NCBI RefSeq assembly: GCF_001194135.2
Contig: NC_068982.1
Coordinates: 90,137,820 to 90,201,819, forward strand
DNA length: 64,000 nt
DNA from: Octopus bimaculoides
Lineage: Eukaryota
Reading direction: 5' to 3'
Program-made: the position numbers and the translations under genes
Part shown: piece by piece, positions 1 through 11,489 of the stretch
Layout of the letters: each line of letters opens with the position of its first letter
Position numbering within the stretch: position 1 is the first letter of the stretch
Notes under the pieces: model-generated
Told to the model about the DNA's origin: nothing
Databases searched by the model: none
Seen by the model: only the letters and a program-made list of their open reading frames with translations

Positions 1-104
<104 letters not shown>

Positions 105-113
105 ACATATATA

Positions 114-974
114 TACATGATGTTTAATCAATAAGTATCCGGACTGTTGCTATAGTAACGAAGCGAAAGCACGCAGAGTGACCTTAGACTGCCGTGCATG
201 CGCACTAAGCTTAATGTTCTAGTTTACTTCCCCTGTTTCCTGCAGTGCTTCGGAGAAAGGTGTGTAGCGTGTGATCGTCGCATTGAACATAACAGAGAAA
301 GTTGTCGTGGTGATACCTACTCATAAGTCTACGCTAAGTTGCAGAAAGTGTATGGAGAGGAGTGTATGAGACAGACGTATGTGTACGAGTGGTCCAGACG
401 TTTCCACGATGGCCGAAAAAATGTCGTTCTGGGAGACTCGCAATCAGCAGAACTGAGAAAAACATCACAGATGTGCATGCAGCTGTGAGGGGAATTCATC
501 GAATCACAATTCCTGTGTCATCAGAGGAGGTGCAGATTAGTTACGGTTCAGTTTAGTCCTTTATGACTGAAGATTTGGGTATGAGACGCGTGTCTGCCAA
601 GTCTGTACCAAAACTGCTCTCGGCTGACCAGAAATACACTCGGAGTTCAGTTGCACAAGAACTCCTTGATTGTAAGGAGAACGATGAAAACTTTTTGGAA
701 ACTTTGCTAAGGCTTCTGAGCAGATATAGCCATGCTTTTGGCAAAATTTGATGCAAATTCTCTGCTCAACTTTCTCTGTCATGGTAAATACAGCGATGAC
801 ATGCTACACGCGTTCCTTCCAAGCACTGCTGTAAACAGAAGTGAGCTACAATGTTAAGACTTTGTGGTCATGCATAGCACAGTTTATGGTCAATTTGTGC
901 CAAGCGTCATTACTCTCCGTGTTTTAGCTTTGTTGCTATGGCAACATTCCGGATACTTATTGATCAGATCACTA
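114..974 (+). mobile_element. Non-autonomous mariner derivative with long inverted arms (two 5' ends) and a decayed N-terminal transposase fragment
   Basis: Left end ATCAATAAGTATCCGGACTGTTGCTATAG matches the reverse complement of the right end (ATCAATAAGTATCCGGAATGTTGCCATAG). The + strand encodes mariner HTH-region peptides (VYAKLQKVYGEECM..., LGMRRVSAKSVPKLLSADQK). The - strand ORF 561-782 starts MTEKVEQRICIKFCQK, the same N-terminus. TA at 114-115 and 973-974. Confidence 0.8.
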
Positions 975-992
975 TCTCTATCTCTCTCTCTC

Positions 993-1066
<74 letters not shown>

Positions 1067-2501
1067 GTGCATGCCTTCCGGGCTTACCGTTCCGTATACG
1101 TTATATTCTATTATGCTTCATTTTTTTACATTATCATTCCGGATTCTTCCATGTCTCTTGAGCCCTATGTAAATTTTGCGCGGAAGTGTATAATCATGTG
1201 GTATTTAAAACCCATACACACGCACGCGCATGTATGTATGTATGTATGTATGTATTTATTTATTTATGCGTGTATATATACATCTGTGTCTTGTGTGTTT
1301 GTAGGCATTAGTGATACTCTGCAACTAAATTCAGGACATGAGAAATGTCGATGTTTTTATATAGATAAAACAGAAAACAATATAGCAATTATGAGTAAGG
1401 AATATAGAGTAGATACTATCGTTAGAGAAATCAATATGATAGGTGAAGAGACTTTCACACCAACGAGGGAGGTGGGAGGCGAAAAACAAAACATAGAAAA
1501 GAAAAAGTCAGCTAATATGTAGATTCACAGTTACAAATATAGAAATTAAATTACTTATACGTAGGTTGGCACCTAGAATATAGAGAACTACTGACTAAAT
1601 ATAGATCGACTGAGAGATCGAAAAAGTATTCAATGAAAAAATATATAAAAAGCAACTCCGAACTCGTCTGCATTTGAATTAATGTATCATAGGGTAAAAA
1701 TAAGTGAATAAATAAATAAATAAATTGATAAATAAAAATAACGAGTTTTAAATCAATTGTTATTTTTAAAAAACTCAGCATTTTGGTGGGGTAGGGATAA
1801 AAATGACTGAGTAGTACTTAATTTGACATAAAATACGCAAGAATAATACATGCAAATGTGTGATTTTAGCAGCTAATGTATGAAAATAACGTCTAATGTA
1901 TTAAATGAATAATTGAACAACAAAAAAATGTGAGAAAGATTTTATTTACACATCGCACAAACGGCCTTAACAGAAGGCATAACATGAATAACAGACTATT
2001 TACGAAAAATTCATTAAATATATCTATTAAGTACCTAATTAAGTTGTCTTTTTAGTCCTATCAATGAAGTTAAAAAAGATACGAATCCCGATGGGCATAA
2101 ATGCAATAGCTTCCTCCATACTTATTGACAACAAAGAGAAATAAATTTGATTAAGAAATGTATAAGAAGTGTTTCCAGTATAATTTCTGTTTCTTAGACT
2201 GCCTTTGCGTAATTAATTATGATGTAGTCTAAGACAAAGTTATTTAAAAAGATATGCCCAACGGAACAGGAGGTAAGCAAAATAACAATGAATATAATTC
2301 GCTAGATACATGTACTGAAACAAAATTGGATGAATGAAACTATTTCTGATTATGAATACGAAAGCGGCACAAATATGGGTGATATCTGTGGAAATAACTG
2401 TCAAATGCGTACGTACACACACTAACACACACACACACACACTGACACACTGACACACATACACACATATAGATAATTGTATATATATGTATGCATGTAT
2501 G

Positions 2502-2560
<59 letters not shown>

Positions 2561-2860
2561 AATATATGAGTATATGCATATATATGTACATGTATGTATA
2601 TACGTTCATCGACATGTACATATAAATACATAACTGGGTACATGACGTGGCAAAAGAACAAGGACAAAAATTGTAAACAAGTTGCAACAAACAAGCAGGC
2701 CACATAGAAACATCCCCTTCATCAGCTGCCACCATTAAAACTCCATATATACATATGTATATAAAAATTGTACATGCAATAAACAATATTTTTTAAAAGA
2801 CAAAAGAGCGAAGGTTTAAGGAATATTCAAATAGCTTAACGCTTAAGAGAACTGAAAATA

Positions 2861-2896
2861 CTCTAAATGTTTCGGACTTTAGTCCTCCATCAGAAG
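2861..2896 (-). ncRNA. Decayed minimal hammerhead ribozyme-like motif (Penelope-type)
   Basis: Minus strand reads CTT-CTGATGGA-GGAC-TAAA-GTCC-GAAACATT-TAGAG: CUGAUGA-like core with A9 changed to G, perfect 4-bp stem II, GAAAC, and an ACGT-like stem III mutated to ACAT. Confidence 0.4.
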
Positions 2897-3684
2897 AAAA
2901 AGAAAAAAAAACGAAATGAGAGGAATCTTCAGCAAATGAAAAAAAATGTCAAACAGTAAAACGAACTGGCGTAAGACAGAAAACAGCTGAGAATGTGATC
3001 TATGGCGGAATTATGGAGGAGGGGCTGATGTGTAATTATTAGAGTATATACATGTTTAGATATAGGACATGTGTGTTTGTGTGAGTGAGTGAGTGTGTGT
3101 GTGTGTGAGTGAGTGGGGGGGGGCTTAGAAAAATATTGGGAAGAATGGTGACGTAGATTAGTTGTTGGCTGTGTGTGAAGAGGTGGAAGAGCGAGTGAAT
3201 TCGATGTAAAATGGAAGGCAAGTGGAATATGGAGAGTAAAATAGAATTGTGTTCAAATGTATGAGCGTGAGACAGTGTTCCACGGAGGAAAAGTATGAAG
3301 AAACAAGCAAAAGTGAAAGAAAAAGTATTGGGAGTTCAAGAAGCACAGTGCGAGAAAATAAATTACGATACAAAACACTGATAAAACACGTACGCCCACA
3401 CACATGACACACACGCGCGTATATATGCAGCGCAACAACAGATTAATCGATTCTTTGGGTGTAAAAATTCAGCCTTAACTTTGAAATATTCCTCTATTAT
3501 TTTAAGCCAAACGACTCAATTTTATGTAAAACAAACTCGTACATGGCGACATAACCAACCATATTCCCTAAAAATAAATCCATCAATTTGAGGAAATGAA
3601 TCTCGGTAATCATTAATTTGGAAGCATCTTTCAACTTAGTAGTCAAGACATACATACAAACACACATATATATACTCATATACA

Positions 3685-4345
3685 TACGAGTTTCTGCTGA
3701 ACCGTTGATACGCTGACGAAGATATTCTCATACAGCGTGACTAAATGAGGCTTATTTCTCAACATATTCCCCCTTGCAGTTCACGTACTTCCTCCATCCA
3801 TGTTGCAGTGCTTGGAGTCCATTCGTGAAGAAGCTCTCTTCCTGTTAGTCAGAAATATCATCAACAACACTGCCGATGCGGCACTTTTCAAGGTAGTCAG
3901 TGAAAAAAAGTATTTTGCACCCCAATAGGTAAAACGATATTAGCCTTCTTTGGAGCAGGTGAGGAGTGGTGTTTCTACTGCATGGATTGTCTCTTTGTCT
4001 CTGGCTCAAAGTGAAGAACTCAACACCCATCCTGGCTAAAGAAACCAGTTGGATCTGCCTGAAACAATATCGGATTTTCCCGTAGTATTTTCGGCCTGAT
4101 GTGCTTTTGATCAGATATCAGAGCACGTGACACACACCGAGCAGAAACTTTCGTCATACCAAGTTCATTGTACAGAATATTCTCAACTCTCTCAAGGGGT
4201 ACGTTAATAACATTAGCTATTTGATTTAGAGTTAATGGCTTATCATCCATCAGCGTGGGGTGAACAAGATCAGTGTTTTCCTCGGTGGTAGAACTCTAAG
4301 ACGTCCAAACCTTGGATCATCTTCAAGACCCTCACTTCCTTCCTA
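3685..4345 (-). mobile_element. Internally deleted mariner remnant, same family as 60908-62176
   Basis: TIR TACGAGTTTCTGCTGAACCGTTGATACGCTGAC resembles the TIR at 60908. Minus-strand ORF 4020-4250 (LTLNQIANVINVPLERVENILYNELGMTKVSARCVSRAL) aligns by eye to the transposase at 61157-61606. Confidence 0.8.
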
Positions 4346-4584
4346 ACTAGTATTAATACAAACGGCAATAACAAACTCTCGTTGTAATTACACAAATTTG
4401 AATTTTGAAACACATAAAACCATCAACTAATATCTATTTCCTTTTTTGAAATAGCCCTGTGTTCCATGTCACTCAATGGAGACCCCTAGAGCACTAACTT
4501 ACATGCAATCAAATACTCGCTGAAGTCCCTGTACGTTGGAAGGTCTCTCAGTCGTAAAACACGAAACTAAATCATCGAATAAAT

Positions 4585-4793
4585 AATCTTTTCTACTAAA
4601 AACACGAGGCCTAAAATTTGTAGAGAGGAGACTAGTCGATAGATCGATCCAGTGTTTCACTGGTATTTAATTTATCGACACCAAAAAGATTAAAAGTAAA
4701 GCCGAGAGCGGCGGAATTTGAACATAGAGGCAGACGAAATACCGCGAAGCATTTCGCCCGGCATGTTAACGATTCTACCAGTTCGTCGCCTTA
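4585..4793 (-). mobile_element. tRNA-derived SINE, family A
   Basis: Reverse complement begins TAAGGCGACGAACTGGTAGAATCGTTAAC and has A/B-box-like motifs (GTTCAAATTCC). Homologous to the copies at 12223, 14710 and 24705. Confidence 0.75.
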
Positions 4794-6071
4794 AACCAGT
4801 CAAAAAATAATAGAATTAATGTCTTCATGTCATTACATGCAAAAGTTAAATACTATAACAGTATTCCAATAGTGGTAACATTAGACCCCAACTGAACACA
4901 ACATGATTTTCCCTTTCTTTTATTTCATCTTTCTTGAAATAAATCATGACTCGGCGACTAACCGTAACAGGATTACCCCCTTACACAAAAGTCTTTCAGA
5001 ACGACTTTCCTTCCTGCCTTATTTTAATAAATCCATCACTGAAATCAAAGATACCCAAACGCACATGCACAAAGCAAACACACAACCACGTACTCATATG
5101 CATATATACGTCGCAGTAGATATATAGATGCATATACGCATACACATGCATACACATACGTTCCAATGAGTACAAACGCAACACGTACACGTGTCCCAGT
5201 AAGTACAGGAACATACGCATACTTCAAATCCTGCAAAGGTGCACACAGACACAAAAGTTCATATTTATTGAGAATGCACAAGCAGGCTTCCCCAGAACCC
5301 AGCAGCGAATGAAAACGACCAGTAAACAATTCAAACACAACACCACAGCAACACAACGGCCTACCTCCGTTCCTGTCTAAAGAAATAACATATCTAGCTG
5401 AAAGAGTGGATGTTATCTCACATTACCTGAATAAATTATATATCGACACAACCAGTAATTATGATATAAAATAGGACATTCAACTTATAAATAATACATA
5501 ATACACTAGAAAGTTTATATAACTTATTACATTTCTTGCTGTGAAAACCTATGTTGTGTATTTCTCCAATTTAAAAATATATATTAAAAAAAAGCAATTT
5601 ACTGTTAACAATTGTAAAACACTTCATTTTGCCAGTGACTTTAAATTTCGTCTTGAAGTGGTCATGCGAAACTTAAAGTCCCATCCAAATGACATTTTTA
5701 TATAATAAATTTGAATATACTTTCATCTGTAAATGTTCTCCTATACCTAAATATGTTTTGTAGTAACTTAATAATCCATGACCAATGGTTACTACCTCAT
5801 TTTACTAATTAAAAAATCGAGAAATGTATGTACCGAAGTAAATTAGTGTTTTTGTACGAAAAAGAAGATAAGCGTGTAAAATTTCGATGGAAAATATCTC
5901 AGATTTACAAGTAGTATTTCGATTCGAACAGATTAGTTAACGTAAAAAGATACATTCTCAAAGCTAAAAAAACATCAGAAACTGAATTAGAACATTTGAA
6001 GAAAGAAGACAACAAAAACGCTAGCAAGGATCGCAAGACAAGGAGATTGTAAGAAAATAAAGAAATCAAAT

Positions 6072-6475
6072 GTCGTAGGTATGGTTGAGAGTTTCAGGAT
6101 CTAACTTTGCATTCACGTTGTTTTGGGTTCAGTCCTACTACATGGTACCTTGGGCAAATGTCTTCTTACACAAGAAGCTCCGCGCCAATTACTACTGTGT
6201 TAACGAATTTCGAAGATGGAACCTCTGTGGAAGCCCGTCAAATACATATATATATACGTATATGTCTGTATGTGTTTGTGTTCGTTGCTCCCGCTTGACA
6301 ACCGGTATTAGTTTGTTACGACCCCTTGAATTGGTGGTTCGGCAGATCAACCTGATATAATATGTGTTATACTTTCAAAAAATAAGTAATGGAATCGATT
6401 TGTTCGACTGAGTTCATTCAGATGATGCCCCTAGTATAGCCGCAGTTTAATGACAAGTGAGTTGAAAAAAAAAAT
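6072..6475 (+). mobile_element. tRNA-derived SINE, family B (head, internal microsatellite, tail)
   Basis: Head GGGTTCAGTCCTACT...CCTTGGGCAAATGTCTTC, internal (TA)/(TG) run, tail GCTTGACAACCGG...GATTTGTTCGACT. Matches 9056-10311 (-) and 10645-10875. Confidence 0.7.
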
Positions 6476-6899
6476 GATCAGAATAACAGAATAAATTGAA
6501 ATTATAAAATGTTAAACAAAAGTAAATAATAAACACGAGAGTATGAAACCCTAGAATACCAACAGAAGATTATCATCAAAAACCCGAAATGTACAACATA
6601 CACAACAATGTAAATATGGATAATAAATGAGTTTGAGAAATATTTAAGAATAAGAAATTATATAGCTGAAAATAATGGAAGATGCAACTAAGAACATTTG
6701 ACAATGAACAAGACAGAAGACAAGAGGTACAAACGAAGGAATAGCTGTGCAAGAATAGTATAGATTCGTATGTTTAAATGCAAAAAGATAAGAATTAATA
6801 ATCTCTCAGCAATATTATTATATTGTTATAAACTTGACAATAAATATAATAGCGAGGAAAACAAGAAGAATAATCACTATATTTTGAGTACGACGCACA

Positions 6900-7600
6900 A
6901 AATATAACATAAGGATTATATTTACCCTCAGACAGGGAAGTGGGGGCTTTATGCATGAAAAGCAAAAATTATAACGAGAAAAGTAAGTAATGAACAATAA
7001 AGCTAGAACAAATCAAAAATAGTGTAATTTTCTGTCGTCAAAGAAGCTTACAAATGCAAAACAGAAGCTGATATGGCAAATTTCAGTAATGGAAAACAAG
7101 AAACATGACAGAAATATGGTAACACTTTAAACTAAGCTAAAAATTGGATTACAGAATACCACAAAAAAGCTTTGATATGAAAACAAACATGGTAAATAAT
7201 TTAAAAAAACCTGAATCAAGATGGTAATAGACAGTGAAAAATCGTAACATTAAACGAGACAAAGAGAATACTTGATAAAACAGCTTCAAGCCGTCCCCTA
7301 ACGACCACTGCATTCATGTAATGAAGCAGAAGGTCATAAGTGGCTGCATGATACGTAAAGATTAAGAAAAACAATTAACCAAATATTCTCTATTAGCAAA
7401 GACTTATCCAAAGATATATCTACCGGAGATGACAGCACTATGAAATACCAATACAGTAATGCACTACAACGCAAAATAATCATATATTTGGATATGTAAG
7501 TCGACAACGACGTAGAGATCAAGGATAATCGATCGGAGATTATCCAACAGTGTATGGAAATAGACACAACCATAGAGAAGAGCCGAAAATAACGATATTT
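6900..7600 (+). pseudogene. Possible highly decayed non-LTR retrotransposon (R4-like RT) fragment
   Basis: Strongly A-biased strand. ATTGGATTACAGAATACCACAAAAAAGCTTTGAT loosely resembles the RT motif WIDxxKAFD. No intact ORF. Confidence 0.2.
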
Positions 7601-7629
7601 ATTATATTAGGTGCCATGTAAGTGGTTAA

Positions 7630-7775
7630 AGTAAAGTATGTACTTTGTAACGTCAACCTTCGAGGAAGGGTAGGCAAAGTTTATACCGGTGGAATTTGAA
7701 CTCAGAACATAAGCAGTTGGAACAAATATTATAAAGTATATTCCAATGCTCTAATCATTCTCTAACATTAGTTGC
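7630..7775 (-). mobile_element. Partial SINE family A
   Basis: GGCAAAGTTTATACCGGTGGAATTTGAACTCAGAAC is the reverse complement of the family A B-box region. Confidence 0.55.
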
Positions 7776-8603
7776 CAAGCGGTGATCGCGCGCGCACACA
7801 CGCACATACACACACACGCACACTCAAAATCTTTGCAAAATCAGTTTATACACATGCGCTTGATGTGATTGAAGGTATGTTATGTTTAAGGAAGAAGCAG
7901 CCAATTTCGTTACATCCAGGAAAGTTAAAACCCATGCTAAGTCACTGCAATTACCATTCAGCAACACCATTCAATACACAATGTAAATAACACATACCTA
8001 TCAGAAGGCAACATTAAAACATTACACAGCTCATACAGGATATACAATCGTTCACTACCAAAGAAAATAACACAAATTATATAGCTCATATGCTATACAA
8101 AAGACTAAAGAAGGACTGGGGTGGGGATATAACCTACAACGAAGCGAGAAATTTCATTACTGCACACCTTGGGAATAGAGTTGTATTTAGTAAGACAGTA
8201 GCAATCGGTAGGAAACAGTTGAAAACAGTTGAAAAAGTACCAGATGATCTCAGAGACATAAGGAACTTTTATCGATGTTATAATCGGAGTGACAGCATGT
8301 GGCTTTAAAATGTTCCAGGAGAAAGCCAACATAAAACAACGTAATTAATTGAACAGTCGAAAATAGAGTAAATATACTGAAAACAATATGAATTCGGACT
8401 GGTAGTTATTTTATCCAACACCTACCATTTCCCTCAGTTTGGAAAATCATATTAATACTTCTTGCTTAGAAATATCAAACTTTCATTTTTAAATCTTGCC
8501 AGACCAGCTCGTCTCGTTTGCAGCGTGCAGGGTTATTTAGTTAACAATTCAACAAAATTTTGAATACGAACTAATAAAACGAAACATTTTAAAGAAAACT
8601 TAC

Positions 8604-8639
8604 GAACCATGAATAAAGAAAACCTTTGAGCACCCACTC
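8604..8639 (-). CDS. Candidate 36-nt exon of an unidentified host gene (EWVLKGFLYSWF in phase 0)
   Basis: Minus strand: TTTTCCTGCTGTTATTTGTGTTTGCAAG acceptor and GTAAGT donor; frame-preserving length, no stops. No homology recognised. Confidence 0.2.
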
Positions 8640-8659
8640 CTTGCAAACACAAATAACAG

Positions 8660-8812
8660 CAGGAAAACAACAACAACCACAAGAACAACAACCACAACAA
8701 CCACAACAACAACAACAACAACCACAACAACAACAACAACAACCACAACAACAACAACAACAATAATAATAATAATGATAATAATAATAATGATGATGAT
8801 AATAATAATATG
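8660..8812. repeat. Compound (CAA/CAC)n-(AAT)n-(GAT)n microsatellite
   Basis: Directly visible; explains the poly-V/I/L ORFs at 8533-8908. Confidence 0.95.
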
Positions 8813-9055
8813 CTGAAATAAATAAGTGTAGACGGAAATGATGAAAGACAAAGTGGAAGTCAAGAAAACTATGAGGAAAACAATGATAACAATGCCAATA
8901 AAGTGCATTTAATAAGCATAATTGCTATTATAAATCTGATTGTATATGTTCTAAGTTCATAAATTGAGCCAAGTTTTCCATCGCTACCACTTGAATGATA
9001 TATGCAAATAATAGTGACATCATATCAAATACAGAGATGTATACACGTATACAAA

Positions 9056-9305
9056 TTCTTTTATTCTTTTATTCTATTACTTACTTCAGTAATTTGACTG
9101 CGGCCAAGCTGGAACATTACATTAGGGGTATTAGTCGAAGAAATCAACCTCAGGACTTATTGTTTGTAAGCTTTGAATTTATTTTATTGATCTAGTTTTG
9201 CCGAACCGATAGGTTACGGGAACATAAGCACACCAGCATCGATTCTCAAGCGATGGCAGAGGGATAAATACAGACTCACACACACAAATATATATATATA
9301 TATAT

Positions 9306-9336
<31 letters not shown>

Positions 9337-10311
9337 NNNNNNNNNNNNNNNNNNNNNNNNNNNNNNNNNNNNNNNNNNNNNNNNNNNNNNNNNNNNNNNN
9401 NNNNNNNNNNNNNNNNNNNNNNNNNNNNNNNNNNNNNNNNNNNNNNNNNNNNNNNNNNNNNNNNNNNNNNNNNNNNNNNNNNNNNNNNNNNNNNNNNNNN
9501 NNNNNNNNNNNNNNNNNNNNNNNNNNNNNNNNNNNNNNNNNNNNNNNNNNNNNNNNNNNNNNNNNNNNNNNNNNNNNNNNNNNNNNNNNNNNNNNNNNNN
9601 NNNNNNNNNNNNNNNNNNNNNNNNNNNNNNNNNNNNNNNNNNNNNNNNNNNNNNNNNNNNNNNNNNNNNNNNNNNNNNNNNNNNNNNNNNNNNNNNNNNN
9701 NNNNNNNNNNNNNNNNNNNNNNNNNNNNNNNNNNNNNNNNNNNNNNNNNNNNNNNNNNNNNNNNNNNNNNNNNNNNNNNNNNNNNNNNNNNNNNNNNNNN
9801 NNNNNNNNNNNNNNNNNNNNNNNNNNNNNNNNNNNNNNNNNNNNNNNNNNNNNNNNNNNNNNNNNNNNNNNNNNNNNNNNNNNNNNNNNNNNNNNNNNNN
9901 NNNNNNNNNNNNNNNNNNNNNNNNNNNNNNNNNNNNNNNNNNNNNNNNNNNNNNNNNNNNNNNNNNNNNNNNNNNNNNNNNNNNNNNNNNNNNNNNNNNN
10001 NNNNNNNNNNNNNNNNNNNNNNNNNNNNNNNNNNNNNNNNNNNNNNNNNNNNNNNNNNNNNNNNNNNNNNNNNNNNNNNNNNNNNNNNNNNNNNNNNNNN
10101 NNNNNNNNNNNNNNNNNNNNNNNNNNNNNNNNNNNNNNNNNNNNNNNNNNNCAGACACACAAACATATATACACACAAGCATATATGCACACAAACATAT
10201 ATATATACATATATACGATGGGCTTCTTTCAGTTTCCGTCTACGAAATCCACTCACAAAGCTTTGGTCGGTCCGAGGATATAGTAGAAGACACTTGCCCA
10301 AGGTGCCACGT
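9056..10311 (-). mobile_element. SINE family B spanning an assembly gap (N 9337-10151) in its internal (TA)n tract
   Basis: Tail (reverse complement) at 9056-9290 and head (reverse complement; GGGCTTCTTTCAGTTTCCGTCTAC...CTTGCCCAAGGTGCCAC) at 10215-10311, in the same order as the intact copy at 6072-6475. Confidence 0.7.
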
Positions 10312-10339
10312 GTACAAATAGCATGAAACAAATAAATAA

Positions 10340-10449
10340 ATAGTTACCAGGGTACCAAAAATGCACTTAAGTACCAAGGATGTTACAGCCTACTTATAAA
10401 GGTAGACATTCCAGGCACTTCTGTGAATTTTTGCTACCCTGGTAACTAT
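10340..10449. mobile_element. 110-bp fold-back element / mini-MITE
   Basis: 27-bp inverted termini ATAGTTACCAGGGTACCAAAAATGCAC and GTGAATTTTTGCTACCCTGGTAACTAT (2 mismatches), with further imperfect internal pairing. Confidence 0.7.
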
Positions 10450-10644
10450 ATGTTTTTCCGTATCATTTGTACACATTGACAAAATACACATCAAATTTAT
10501 ATACACTTCAACGAGGTTTCCATATAACCTGCAAATAAAATGGTTACCACATATGGAGTTATTTGGCATTTAACTCCATTTCTTAATTTATGTATGCATA
10601 CATGCATGTGTGTGTGTGTGCTCACGCGCGCGAGCACATGTATG

Positions 10645-10875
10645 AATGTCTTTCTGTTTGTTTCACACCACTGCTTGACAACCGGTGAAAGCGTGCTTGC
10701 GTCCCTGTAACTTAGCAGTTCGGCAAATAAGACCGATATAGTAAGTACTTGCCAATAAATACCAGGCTTAAAAAATAAGTGCTGGGGTCGATTCGTTCGA
10801 CTAAACTTCTTTAAGTGGGTGCCCCAGCATCGCAGCAATCTAATGACTAAAACAAATAAAAGATAAAAGATAAAG
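10645..10875 (+). mobile_element. SINE family B 3' half
   Basis: GCTTGACAACCGG...GTAACTTAGCAGTTCGGC...GCTGGGGTCGATTCGTTCGACTAA...(AAAGAT)n tail. Confidence 0.7.
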
Positions 10876-11489
10876 GTCTAATACATTCATCCACATGCAC
10901 ATAAACACACACGCACACACAGACATATAGGCACACCCACTAACAGACACACACACACACACACACACACATGCACGCACGCACACACACACATACAAGA
11001 AGAATGAAGTCGCTAGCATTAAATTTACTGTGCGTTTTATAATATCGTTTCAGCAATGCCTGGATGACAAATATATATATAAATATATATATACCTCACA
11101 ATCATGTGATAGTGATCTCATACACAACTAGACTCAACAACACTATCTTAGCATGTTCTTATCTTTCATAAGGATATTATGTATATCCGAATATGTTATG
11201 TGACACTCACTCCATCTAGTCTTTTGTAACAATATATAATATTTTTCTGATGTATTTTTTTATGTATTCTTTAAATTGCACAGAGGAGAACAGTGATATG
11301 TGATTAATTTAATTATAATTAAATTAATTTCTATTTTTTTACCATGTTATTTACATGTTAGTATTACTGTTTGAAACGATCGTATGTATGGATTAAATAC
11401 TTTTTAAATTTTTAACACCTTCTATTCTCCACCTGTAATTGACTGTTGAGTTTTCTATAGGATATTTGTTATATAAATACTCATAACAC

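Noticed and set aside
938-1522. 194-aa ORF
   Set aside because: Runs through (TA)n and (TATG)n microsatellites; low complexity, no motif.
5637-5680. 14-bp hairpin GACTTTAAATTTCG/CGAAACTTAAAGTC
   Set aside because: Short and AT-rich; plausible by chance or as a MITE scrap.
8090-8332. 72-75 aa ORFs on both strands (MLYKRLKKDWGG...)
   Set aside because: Coding-like but no recognisable motif or splice signals; probably old transposon debris that I cannot assign.
9179-10331. Long ORFs of 300+ aa (also 16096-18464, 42818-43709, 52753-53141, 58943-59423)
   Set aside because: Open only because N-gaps translate as X.
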